Assembly (NCBI GenBank): GCA_965224275.1
Contig: CBDCYR010000009.1
Location: 413,945 to 477,944, forward strand
Length of the DNA stretch: 64,000 nt
Direction of reading: 5' to 3'
Source of the DNA: Alphaproteobacteria bacterium
GTDB lineage: Bacteria > Pseudomonadota > Alphaproteobacteria > SHVV01
The notes beneath the pieces are model-generated. The model had not been told where the DNA came from. It saw nothing but the letters and a program-made list of their open reading frames with translations, and did not search any database. Below are positions 35,495 through 45,428 of this stretch, one piece after another. Every line of letters starts with the position of its first letter. The first letter of the stretch is position 1. Both the position numbers and the translations under genes were made by a program.

Positions 35495-38411
35495 ATGAGC
35501 CGCCTGGCCCTCATGATCGACCTCGAACGCTGCATTGGCTGTAAGAGCTGTGAAGCCGCGCAAGATGGAGCACGGACTTGGGCTCGGTGAATACCGTAAC
35601 AAGGTGGTATGGCTGGGTGATCCCGATCGCGCGGTGCTCGATTTCGTCACCGTCACCTGCCAGCACTGCGAGCGTCCGGCATGCCTGCGCGCCTGCCCGG
35701 TCAACCCCAAAGCGATCGAAAAGAACCCGGAGACGGGCGTTGTCCGCGTGCTACCCGAGCGCTGCACGGGGTGCGGCGAGTGCGTCGGTGCCTGCCCGTA
35801 CGGCGCGATGGGCTACGATCCGATCGATCAACACGCCGAAAAATGCGATCTGTGCAGCGACCGTCGCGCCGCAGGCTTGCGGCCGGCTTGTGCCACGGTC
35901 TGCCCGGCTAGCGCGATCGGGTTCGGCGAGCGCGACGCTCACCTTGCAGCGGCGCAGCGCGATGATCGCTTGGTGCGCGACCATGATCCTTTCCTGCTCG
36001 GCCCGGCGACGGTCTATCTCGATCGCCTAAACGCGACGGGTGAAACCATTGGCGGGCGTACCGCGCCGCGCGCGGCTACCCGACCAACAAAGCGGGGCGC
36101 GCTGGCCGCAGCGCCCGAACCGCCTTATCGGGGAACGCGAGCCGAGCGAACACCTGATCGTGTGGTCCCAGGCGGCTGCAATATCTGTTTCAACGCCTGT
36201 ACCGTGAAGTTTCACTTCCGGGCCGATGAATTGGTCAAGATCACCGGCTACGAAGAAGACCCGGCGCTTGGCGGCAAAGTATGTCCGAAATCACAGATGA
36301 GCATTCAGCTCCATCACAACGAACACCGCCTCAAGACGCCGCTCAAACGGGTCGGCGAGCGCGGCGAGGGCCGTTTCGAACCGGTGAGCTGGGAAACCGC
36401 ACTCGACGATATCGCTAACCGGCTTATCGCGGTGCGCGACCAATATGGCCCGGAAGCCCTGGCCATCTTCTCCGGCACTCGAGCCGGCATCATCACCCGT
36501 AACGGCTATATCCGATTGTTCACTCAGCTTTGGGGGACCCCCAACGTCGAGGGCACGGAGCCACTATGCGCGTCCGGTAAAAACATCGCCTACCGCCTCG
36601 TGCAGGGCAGCCTCAATACATCCAATAGCTATACGCCCGGCGATATCGGTAGCGCAGAGATGTACCTCTACGTCGGTGACAACCAAGCCGAAACAAGGCC
36701 GGTTTATTTCGGCATGATCAACGATTGGCGCGTTGCCAACCGCGCCAAGCTGGTCGTGGTCGATCCGCGTTTGACGCCGACCGCCAGCAAGGCGGATCGC
36801 TGGTTGCCGATTCGCACGGGCACCGACCTCGCGCTGGGGCTGGCCGTCGCCCACCACATTTTCGCCAATGATCTTCATAACTCCGCCTATTGCAAAGACT
36901 GGGTACTGGGCTGGGAGGTGTGGCGCGACTACCTCATCGAACGCGGCTACACGCCCGATTGGGCCGCGCCGATCACCGGTCTAGCGGCCGCCGACATAGG
37001 ATCCTTAGCCGAAGAAATTGCAGCCGCCGACGGCTGCATGATCTTCGCCAGCCGCGGCGTCAACCAACACACCAATTCGGTTCAAACCAACCGGGCGTGG
37101 ATGTTTGTCGCCGCGATCACCGGCAATTGGGGCCGCACCGGCGGTGGGTTTTTCAACATGACCGCGGCCGCCCTGTTGCACGCCGATGCGCCAGCCGAGC
37201 GGCGGGCCAAGATCGCCCGGCCGATGGTGCGTAAGAACCCGACCGCCTGGCTTGACGCAATGACGACCGGCAAACCGTATCCGATCCGCGCGCTGATCAC
37301 CGGCAACAACCCGATGGCGATGTGGCCCGACCAAAGCGCGGTAAGCGAGGCGTTCAAGGCGCTCGATCTGATCGTTCATATCGATCTGTTCGAGAATGAA
37401 ACGTCAGCCTTTGCCGACTATGTGCTGCCGGTCGCGACCGGTATCGAGAAAGGAGGGATCTCGCGCGCCAACGATGATCGCCGCATCGTGTGGAACGACA
37501 AGCTGATCGATTCGCCGGGCGACGCGAAAGCCGACGGCTGGATCTGGATCGAACTCGGCAAGCGGCTTGGTTACGACGATGTGCTCAAGGAGGAATATAA
37601 AGACATCGCCACATTCTGGGACGCAGAGTGCATCAACAATGAAGAACTGCGTGGCTGTACCCAGAAGCGCCTGCACGCGACGCCCTATCGGTGGGTGCGC
37701 ATGCCGGTTGCCAGCGAAGAAGCCATTGAGAAAGAAACATTGTTCCTCGAAAACGATCACGACGCTGAGGGTAAACGATTCCCGACCCCGAGCGGCAAGC
37801 TCGAATTCTGGAGCGAGGCCCAAGAGGCCAGCTTCCAGGCGTTGGGCCTATCGGCCCTACCCGAGTTCTATAGCGAGCGCGAACAATTGCTCGACTTACC
37901 CTATCTCGAACTGCTGGATGACGATTCTGCGGCGGGCATCATCTCGCCATTTTTTGCGGCACCGACCGCAACCTCGACCGCGCGCATCGTTGAACCCGCG
38001 GCTGATAGTCCTGGCGCGCAGCTTCGATCGGCCGGCTATGACACCGAGTTGATCTCGGGCCGCCCGCCAGCGCCGCACTTCCATAGTTGGACGCACTACT
38101 TCTGGCAGGCGCAGGAAATGTGGCCCGACCAATTCGTTCAGATCCATCCGCAGCATGCGGCCGAACGAGGAATCTCCGACGGCGATCGTGTGGTGGTCGA
38201 AACCCCGCGCGGCGCGATCGAAGGGTTGGCCTGGGTGACGCATGGGATTCGCCGCGATGCCGTGTTTGTCCCGATCGGTTGGGGCGAGCGGCAACCGTTC
38301 AACCCGTGGAAATCTGTTAACATCCTCACCGATCGCAGCCAACGCGACGTTATTTCCGATCAGATCAACATGAAAACCTTGCTGTGCCGCGTGCGGCTCG
38401 CCGCCGCATAG
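35495..38411 (+). CDS. Molybdopterin oxidoreductase with N-terminal 4Fe-4S ferredoxin (DmsB-like + DmsA-like fusion); frameshift at ~35561
   Basis: MSRLALMIDLERCIGCKSCEAA then a frame change into KMEH; CQHCERPAC, CTGCGECVGACPY, KCDLC, CNICFNAC..CPK, RLKTPLKR, ADYVLP, FPTPSGK. Confidence 0.85.
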
Positions 38412-38414
38412 CCG

Positions 38415-40142
38415 ATGGTTGATCCGGTCACCTTGGCTGTGCTGCAAGGCCGTCTTGAGCAAATCGCCGATGAGATGGACGCGACTCTGTTTCGCAGCGC
38501 GTTCAATCCCATTATCGCCGAGGCGCACGACGCGTCGCACGGGCTCTACCACGCACACACGGGCGAGACCTTGGTGCAGGGGAAATCAGGGTTGCCGATT
38601 TTCGTGGGCGCGATGTCGTTCGCCGTCAAGATGATCATCGATAAAGCCGCACGTGATGACGATATGGCCGATGGCGATGTCTACATTTTCAATGATCCTT
38701 ACGACGGTGGTACCCATCTTTCCGACTTCAAGCTGGTGCGGCCCTACTACCGGCGCGGTGAGGTCTATTGCTACCTCGCATCAGTCGGCCATTGGCACGA
38801 TGTCGGCGGCAACGTGCCCGGCAACTACAATCCTGTGGCAACCGAGAGCTTTCAGGAGGGGATGCTGATCCCGCCGGTCAAGCTATTCGTTAAAGGTGAA
38901 CTTCGGCCCGACATCATCGAGATTCTCAAGGCGAACAGCCGTCTTCCGGGCAGCCTTTATGGCGATCTCAATGGCCAGATTAACGCGCTCGATCTTGGCG
39001 ACCGCCGCCTTAGCGCATTGCTCGATGAGTATGGCGACGACACGGTCGCGCAGGGCTTGGACGAACTAAAAGCACGTGCCGCAAAGTTAATGCGCTCGTA
39101 TGTCGCTGAGTTTCCCGACGGCACCTATCGATGCGACGATTGGCTCGACAATGACGGCATCGTCGACGCGCCGCTCGCCATCGCCCTGGATCTCAAGATC
39201 GATGGCGAAGAACTGACTTTCGACTTTTCTCGTTCGGCAAAATCTTGCGCCGGCCCCGTAAATATCTCGCGTTCAACGGCAATTGCTTCGTGTTATGTCG
39301 CGCTCAAGCATGTTTTCCGCGAAGTTCCTGCTAACTCCGGGGTCCTCGACCCGGTCCACTTCGTTATTCCGGACGACACGATCTTGAGTGCCGGTTCGCC
39401 GAAGGCGGTTGGTGGTTACACGGAGACAATCTTACGCGTGATCGACGTTGTCTTTGGCGCGTTTGTGCAAGCCGACCCGCTGCGGTCAAACGCATGCGCA
39501 TATGGCACGATCAACGCACTGTCCCTCGCCGGTCATCGCGCAAACGGTCAGCGTTGGGTGATGTTCTCTTTCTTCGGTGGCGGCCATGGCGGCCATCCCA
39601 TCGGCGACGGCCTCAGTCACGGCAATGCACCAATCTCAACCGCGACCATACCGCCGCTCGAAATTCTCGAAGCCGCCTATCCGGTCATGTTTACCCAATG
39701 GGCGCTACGGCCCGACAGTGGGGGCCCCGGGCGACACCGTGGTGGCCTCGGTGGGGTGTATGAAGTCGAACTGCTGGAGGAGGCCGCCGATGCGTTTTTG
39801 TTTGGCGAACGCGGCAAGTTCCCGCCGCAGGGTGTCGTGGGCGGCAGTCCGGCTGCGTTGAACCGCTTTACCTACGAGCAAACCGACGGCGAGCATACGC
39901 CGCCGCTGATCTCCAAAACTGACAACATCAAGCTGCGCAAGGGACAACGGCTGCGCATCGAATCGCCGGGTGGTGGCGGGTATGGGCCCGCCGATGAGCG
40001 CGATCCGGACGCCGTGGGTCGTGACGTGCAAGCCGGTTATGTCAGTCCCGACGCTGCCGAACGCGACTATAAAGTCATCGTTGACGCGAGCGGCGAGGTG
40101 AATACGGCCGCCACCGATCAGCTTCGACGTGCAGGGCGATGA
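38415..40142 (+). CDS. Hydantoinase B/oxoprolinase beta subunit
   Basis: DPVTLAV, NDPYDGGTHLSD, GHWHDVGG, DSGGPGRHRGG, PGGGGYG. Confidence 0.92.
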   Translation: MVDPVTLAVLQGRLEQIADEMDATLFRSAFNPIIAEAHDASHGLYHAHTGETLVQGKSGLPIFVGAMSFAVKMIIDKAARDDDMADGDVYIFNDPYDGGTHLSDFKLVRPYYRRGEVYCYLASVGHWHDVGGNVPGNYNPVATESFQEGMLIPPVKLFVKGELRPDIIEILKANSRLPGSLYGDLNGQINALDLGDRRLSALLDEYGDDTVAQGLDELKARAAKLMRSYVAEFPDGTYRCDDWLDNDGIVDAPLAIALDLKIDGEELTFDFSRSAKSCAGPVNISRSTAIASCYVALKHVFREVPANSGVLDPVHFVIPDDTILSAGSPKAVGGYTETILRVIDVVFGAFVQADPLRSNACAYGTINALSLAGHRANGQRWVMFSFFGGGHGGHPIGDGLSHGNAPISTATIPPLEILEAAYPVMFTQWALRPDSGGPGRHRGGLGGVYEVELLEEAADAFLFGERGKFPPQGVVGGSPAALNRFTYEQTDGEHTPPLISKTDNIKLRKGQRLRIESPGGGGYGPADERDPDAVGRDVQAGYVSPDAAERDYKVIVDASGEVNTAATDQLRRAGR

Positions 40143-42214
40143 CGACCGCCAACTCATTCATCATTGGCGTCGATATCGGCGGCACCTTCACCGACGTGTT
40201 TTTTCTCAATCAGACAACCGGGACCGGCGAAATTGCGAAAGTTCCATCGACGCCGCAAAATCGTGCGGACGGTTTCATAGCCGGGATCAAAACGCGCATT
40301 CAGAACTTCGGCGATTGCGCCACGATTGTTCATGGGACCACCGTTGCGACCAATGCGTTGCTGCAACGCACCGGCGCCAAAACCGGAATCATCACAACCC
40401 GGGGGTTTCGCGATGTGCTGGAGATGCGGCGCCGCGATCGACCGGAGACCTGGGGGCTGTGGGGGTCTTTCAAGCCGATCATCAGCCGCGATCTTCGGAT
40501 AGAGGTCGACGAACGAACCCTAGCCGACGGAACAATTAGAACGCCGCTCGACCCGGATCAGGTTCGCACTGCGACACTGCAGTTGCGTGACGCGGGCGTC
40601 GAGGCGATCGCCATTTTCTTTATTAACGCGTACGCAAATCACAGCAACGAAATAGCTGCCCTTAATGCGGTTCGCGGCGTCTGGCCTGATGCGCGCGTTA
40701 ATATTTCAAGCGCAATCCTTCCCGAAATCAGGGAATTCGAACGTGCCTCAACGACCTCCCTCAATGCTTATCTTCAACCTGTCGTCGGCGAATATCTTGA
40801 ACAAATAGAGACCCGCCTGCAGGCCGATGCATTTCGTGGCGACGTGCTCATCGTCCAGTCAAACGGGGGCGTGATGTCAGCTGAAACCGCGCGTGATACG
40901 CCAATCCGGACGGCTCTCTCTGGGCCCGCGGCCGGTGTTATTGCCGGCTCCCACATTGCTGCCGCGGCCGGCTACGCCAATGCGATCACGTGCGACATGG
41001 GCGGAACCAGCTTCGATGTTTCGGTGGTGGTCGATGGCGAGAACACGATGAGCGCGCAGACATCGGTCGACTATGGATTGGTGATTCGAACGCCCATGAT
41101 TGAGATTACGACGATCGGAGCCGGCGGCGGTTCGATCGCCTGGGTCGACCGCGGCGGCATTCTCCAGGTCGGGCCACAGAGTGCTGGTTCCCATCCCGGA
41201 CCCGTCTGTTACGGACAGGGCAACGACCGTCCAACCGTGACCGATGCCAACCTTGTCTTGGGGCGGATTAATGCCGAGCGCCCGATTGGCGGCAAACTCG
41301 ACAATCTCGATGGGCAAGCCGCGGCAGAGTCGATTGAGCGGCACGTCGGAACACCACTCGAGTTGGGCGCTATGGAGGCGGCCGAAGCGATCATTCGTGT
41401 CGCCAACTCGCGCATGGCTGGGGCGATCCGGCTCGTTACCGTTGAACGCGGCCATGATCCGCGGCAGTTCATTGCCATGCCGTTTGGCGGTGGTGGGGCG
41501 CTGCACACCGGCGCCTTAATAAGCGAGGTTGGGCTAGCAAAAGCACTGATCCCGAGATATCCCGGCGTCACCAGTGCATTGGGGTGCGCGATCGCGGACA
41601 TGCGACACGACTTCGTCCAGACGATCAACGCACTGCTTGATGAATTGGATGCCGAGAGCCTCGACCAAGCGATGACAAGCGCGGCGCGCCAGGGGCTGGC
41701 ATTGCTCGATGGAACCGGGATTTCGCTCGACGGCGCCGACGTTATCTTCGAGGTTGATATGTCATACCTCGGCCAGACACATACCGTCGCGGTGCCGCTC
41801 GATCTGCATCTGACCAAAGACGGTACCGGTGTTACCGCCGCAGCAATCCAGAGTGCGTTCGAGCATCGCTACACCCAGGTTTACGGCCGCCTGCTCGATG
41901 GGATTCGCCTTCGCGTCCTCAACCTGCGGGTCAGCGTCATCGGTCGCCGCGCAAAGTTCGATCTCACGTTGCTGGCGCCCGACGATGGTGCGTCGGTGGA
42001 ACGTGCTGCACGCGGCGAGCGACCGATCTGGTGGAGCGGGGCTCCGCATAGCGCACAGGTTTTCGCCCGGCTCGACCTGCCGATCGGTGCGCGCATTGCC
42101 GGGCCAGCGGTTCTCGAACAGCCCGACGCCACGACGTTTATCGATCCCGACATGTCAGCTGAGGTCGATGGGTTCGGCAACCTGATTATCAGCAGGATGC
42201 CTGGCGATGACTGA
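40139..42214 (+). CDS. Hydantoinase A/oxoprolinase alpha (ATP-binding) subunit
   Basis: GVDIGGTFTD, HGTTVATN, SGPAAG, DMGGTSFD, IGAGGGSIA, PTVTDA. Confidence 0.93.
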   Translation: MTTANSFIIGVDIGGTFTDVFFLNQTTGTGEIAKVPSTPQNRADGFIAGIKTRIQNFGDCATIVHGTTVATNALLQRTGAKTGIITTRGFRDVLEMRRRDRPETWGLWGSFKPIISRDLRIEVDERTLADGTIRTPLDPDQVRTATLQLRDAGVEAIAIFFINAYANHSNEIAALNAVRGVWPDARVNISSAILPEIREFERASTTSLNAYLQPVVGEYLEQIETRLQADAFRGDVLIVQSNGGVMSAETARDTPIRTALSGPAAGVIAGSHIAAAAGYANAITCDMGGTSFDVSVVVDGENTMSAQTSVDYGLVIRTPMIEITTIGAGGGSIAWVDRGGILQVGPQSAGSHPGPVCYGQGNDRPTVTDANLVLGRINAERPIGGKLDNLDGQAAAESIERHVGTPLELGAMEAAEAIIRVANSRMAGAIRLVTVERGHDPRQFIAMPFGGGGALHTGALISEVGLAKALIPRYPGVTSALGCAIADMRHDFVQTINALLDELDAESLDQAMTSAARQGLALLDGTGISLDGADVIFEVDMSYLGQTHTVAVPLDLHLTKDGTGVTAAAIQSAFEHRYTQVYGRLLDGIRLRVLNLRVSVIGRRAKFDLTLLAPDDGASVERAARGERPIWWSGAPHSAQVFARLDLPIGARIAGPAVLEQPDATTFIDPDMSAEVDGFGNLIISRMPGDD

Positions 42215-42815
42215 TATTAGTTTCGATCCAGCGAAAACTGCGCTGTTGCTAATCGACATGCAGAACGACTTTCTGCACGCGGAAGGCGCCTATGCGCGCG
42301 GCGGCGCCAAAAGCGACGCAATCGCGGCCCTGCCCCAGCGCCTAGCACCGGTGGCCAGTGCTGTGCGCGGGATCGGCGGGTGGGTCGTTTCGACCCACTT
42401 CACGTTAGTTCCAGGCAAGAATGGCGCGCCGCTTATCGATCGGCATCTCGCGCAACGCCGGCCCTTTCTTGGGTCGGGCGATTTTGTCGCCGGTGATTTC
42501 GGCCACGCCTTGGTCGATGATCTCCAACCGGCTGATTTCACGATCGAAAAAGTAGCGTATTCGGCCTTTCATATGAGCCGACTTGAATTCGTGCTGCGGC
42601 GGGTTGGGATCGACACGCTTGTTGTTGGCGGAATTGTCACCAACGGCGGCGTCGCCTCGACCGTGCGCGATGCGCATGTGCGCGAGTTCCGGGTCGCCAT
42701 CCTGGCGGACGGCTGCGCCGCATTTGATGAAGACGCGCATCGCGCCACTTTGGTATCGCTCGCCACGATAGCCACGGTGACTAATTGCGCCGATGTCATG
42801 GCTGCCCTGAAATAG
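42207..42815 (+). CDS. Isochorismatase/cysteine hydrolase family protein lacking the nucleophile Cys
   Basis: TALLLIDMQNDF, EKVAYSAF, GIVTNGGVASTVRDA. Confidence 0.85.
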   Translation: MTDISFDPAKTALLLIDMQNDFLHAEGAYARGGAKSDAIAALPQRLAPVASAVRGIGGWVVSTHFTLVPGKNGAPLIDRHLAQRRPFLGSGDFVAGDFGHALVDDLQPADFTIEKVAYSAFHMSRLEFVLRRVGIDTLVVGGIVTNGGVASTVRDAHVREFRVAILADGCAAFDEDAHRATLVSLATIATVTNCADVMAALK

Positions 42816-42907
42816 GTCGCCCGCGCGCCGCGTCAGACACGGTGTGGTGTTTTTACTCCACCCGGCTTGCACTAGTATGACGCAAAAGAGGATGCAGGGA
42901 GACGACA

Positions 42908-44185
42908 ATGCGAAATCTGACGCAATTCTTAGGCGTGGTTGCGGTGGTGGCCCTATCCATGGGTTCCGGACCCGCGCCAGCCCAAACCAAACTGCTTCAA
43001 GACTTACTGCAAGGTGGGAAGACACCCGACAACCAGCAACTGAACAACGTACTTCAGCAGTTGCAACAAAAGGACGGTGAGATCTCGAATCTGCAGGGCA
43101 AACTCACCCAGCAGGACGACGTACTTGGCGGTCTCACCAAACAGCTTTCGTCGCAGCAAGGTTTGGTTGGGTCGTTGCAGGGCGAATTATCCGAACAAGG
43201 CGGGGTGTTGTCGGCCCTGCAGTCGCAACTCGGCGAGAAGGACGGTCTGCTCTCGTCGCTGCAGTCGCAACTCGGCGAGAAGGACGGTCTGCTCTCGTCG
43301 CTGCAGTCGCAACTCGGCAAAAAGGACGGTCTGCTCTCGTCGCTGCAATCGCAACTCGGGGAAAAAGACGGCCTACTCTCTGCACTAACGTCGCAAATCG
43401 GGGAACGGGACAACTTGCTCTCGACGTTGCAATCCCAGATCGGTGCGAAGGATGGCGTTCTGGCGTCGCTGCAGGCAGCGATCGGCGACAAAGATGGTTT
43501 GCTATCAGCCCTGCAATCGCAATTGGGCGAAAAGGACGGACTGCTCTCGGGGCTGCAATCTCAGCTTGGCGAGAAAACCGGGCTTCTTACGTCGTTGCGT
43601 GCAGCCATTGGCAATAAGGACGGCATGATCTCGGATCTCACCGCAAAGCTCGCAACGAGTGGCGGGGCGATCGCTGACTTAGAGGGCCAAGCCGTTGCCG
43701 CAACGAACGCTAAGAAGCTCCTCCAGGGTGAGATTGCTAAACGCAAATCCGAAGCTCAGGCGCTGTCGTCTCGCGCGCAAGATCTGTCTTCCCAGATAAC
43801 TTTGGTTCGTCAGGCACTCGCGGCCGAGGAAAAGCTGGTTACCGGACTAGAGGAAAAATATGCCAGCGCCAACCAGCAGCTCGGTCAGTTGGGAGATGAA
43901 CGGGCTGATCTGCGACGCAAACTTGCGGACGGCGAAAAGAAGCTGGTGGTCGTGCAACGCGGGCTGCGTTCAACCGAACGCCTGGCAACCCAGCGCGCGA
44001 GCGAACTGACGACGGCGGCCGATAATGTGCGACGGCTCGAACGCAGTTTGAAGGCTACGACGGATAGTGCCGAGGGTCTCGCAACCCAACGTCTCGTTTT
44101 GGGGGTACTCCTGGTGCTCGCCATTATTGTCTCGCTGTGGGGTTGGTTAAAGCGACCAAAGGCGGCGCTGACCTCGTCGGCATGA
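42908..44185 (+). CDS. Exported, C-terminally membrane-anchored coiled-coil repeat protein
   Basis: Signal peptide, 14-aa LQSQLGEKDGLLSS repeats, long heptad region, C-terminal TM plus basic tail. Confidence 0.8.
   Translation: MRNLTQFLGVVAVVALSMGSGPAPAQTKLLQDLLQGGKTPDNQQLNNVLQQLQQKDGEISNLQGKLTQQDDVLGGLTKQLSSQQGLVGSLQGELSEQGGVLSALQSQLGEKDGLLSSLQSQLGEKDGLLSSLQSQLGKKDGLLSSLQSQLGEKDGLLSALTSQIGERDNLLSTLQSQIGAKDGVLASLQAAIGDKDGLLSALQSQLGEKDGLLSGLQSQLGEKTGLLTSLRAAIGNKDGMISDLTAKLATSGGAIADLEGQAVAATNAKKLLQGEIAKRKSEAQALSSRAQDLSSQITLVRQALAAEEKLVTGLEEKYASANQQLGQLGDERADLRRKLADGEKKLVVVQRGLRSTERLATQRASELTTAADNVRRLERSLKATTDSAEGLATQRLVLGVLLVLAIIVSLWGWLKRPKAALTSSA
43217..43636 (+). repeat. Intragenic 42-bp tandem repeat (about 10 clear units)
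   Basis: CTGCAGTCGCAACTCGGCGAGAAGGACGGTCTGCTCTCGTCG is identical at 43217 and 43259, has 2 differences at 43301, and degenerates thereafter. Confidence 0.9.
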
Positions 44186-44890
44186 GCTTTAGGCTCGTTC
44201 GCAGAGATCGTCCGGGTGACAAAGCCAGTGGTTCGAGTTCCGTAGTCAGCCATGCCGTGCCGGCAAGCGGTGGTAGGCGCCGGCCTTGCGTATGAGACGA
44301 ATTGAACAACTTTGGTCCGAATTAAGCGAAGTTAGGGCGTAATCAAACGATCGTTTGGAAAACCTACGATATTTGAGCGACGATTTAGCTTATTCAACCG
44401 GATCCCCTGATGGTTGCTTGAACCCACCTTTCAATCGTTTCAGACAGAGGCTGACGTCGCTATTGTTGGCTGTTTAGAAGGGGTTAGATGTGGATCGAAC
44501 GAGCGTCTTGTTGGGACAAACAGCTGTTCGGAGTACTTGCAATTACACGATCCGAGAATGATTAATCCGGATCCTATCAAATTGGTTGCCTGGCGTTGTC
44601 GCGGTGATCTCATACCCCGTTTGGGTGACGATCGACTATCGCTTGATGATGATAGGTTCCCGAGTGAACGGGGCTGACCCCGTTGATGAGTGCGAACCGA
44701 ACGCGCGTTCGATAAAATGGCTGACCAAGGGTCAATTTGGTTATCGGCTAGGGTATGTCCGGGCTTTGAGGCGAGCTGGATTGTGATAGAAATATCCGGC
44801 CTCGCGAAAACGGCACCAGCTTGGTACGCGATCGCGGATCGTAGCAATTTGATGGCGCTCGTGAGCGTCACGAGAAGGTGGAGTGGCGAT

Positions 44891-45397
44891 ATGAAAAAAC
44901 TACTTATCGGTATGGTTTGCTTATGGGGTTGGTCGAGCTTGGCAGTAGCTGCGGGTGCAGCCGAAATGGCGTCATCGGCGCTAAAAAACGCCGCCGGAGC
45001 GACCGTGGGGACGGTGACCCTCGAGTCCACGCCGAACGGAACTCTGGTCCATGCCAAATTTACCAAACTCCCGCCCGGGGCCCACGCCTTTCATGTCCAT
45101 TCGATTGGCAAATGCGCGCCGCCGTTCAAGTCGGCCGGCGGACACTACAATCCGCACGGCATGAAACATGGTATCCACAGCAGCGGGGGCGGACATGCCG
45201 GAGATATGCCGAACATCACCGTACCTAGCAGTGGCATGCTTGACATCCAGGTGCTTAACACCCGCGTCAATCTGGACGACAAACTGTTTGATGCCGATGG
45301 TGCGGCGTTCGTGATTCACGCCGGCACGGACGACTACAAATCTGATCCTGCTGGCGCCGCCGGCCCGCGCATTGCCTGCGGTGTGATTCGGAAATAG
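44891..45397 (+). CDS. sodC: Periplasmic Cu/Zn superoxide dismutase
   Basis: Signal peptide MKKLLIG; HAFHVH, SAGGHYNP, HAGDMPN, IHAGTDD, GPRIACG. Confidence 0.93.
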   Translation: MKKLLIGMVCLWGWSSLAVAAGAAEMASSALKNAAGATVGTVTLESTPNGTLVHAKFTKLPPGAHAFHVHSIGKCAPPFKSAGGHYNPHGMKHGIHSSGGGHAGDMPNITVPSSGMLDIQVLNTRVNLDDKLFDADGAAFVIHAGTDDYKSDPAGAAGPRIACGVIRK

Positions 45398-45428
45398 CTC
45401 GCGGCGAGGCGCCCTCGGTCGCGCCTGT

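Noticed and set aside
43217-43636. 42-bp periodic repeats as a possible CRISPR array
   Set aside because: Units are contiguous with no unique spacers, keep the reading frame of a coiled-coil protein, and no cas genes are present.
44186-44890. 700-bp lower-GC intergenic stretch as an ncRNA or degraded membrane-protein gene
   Set aside because: No convincing fold, repeat or intact ORF could be identified by eye.
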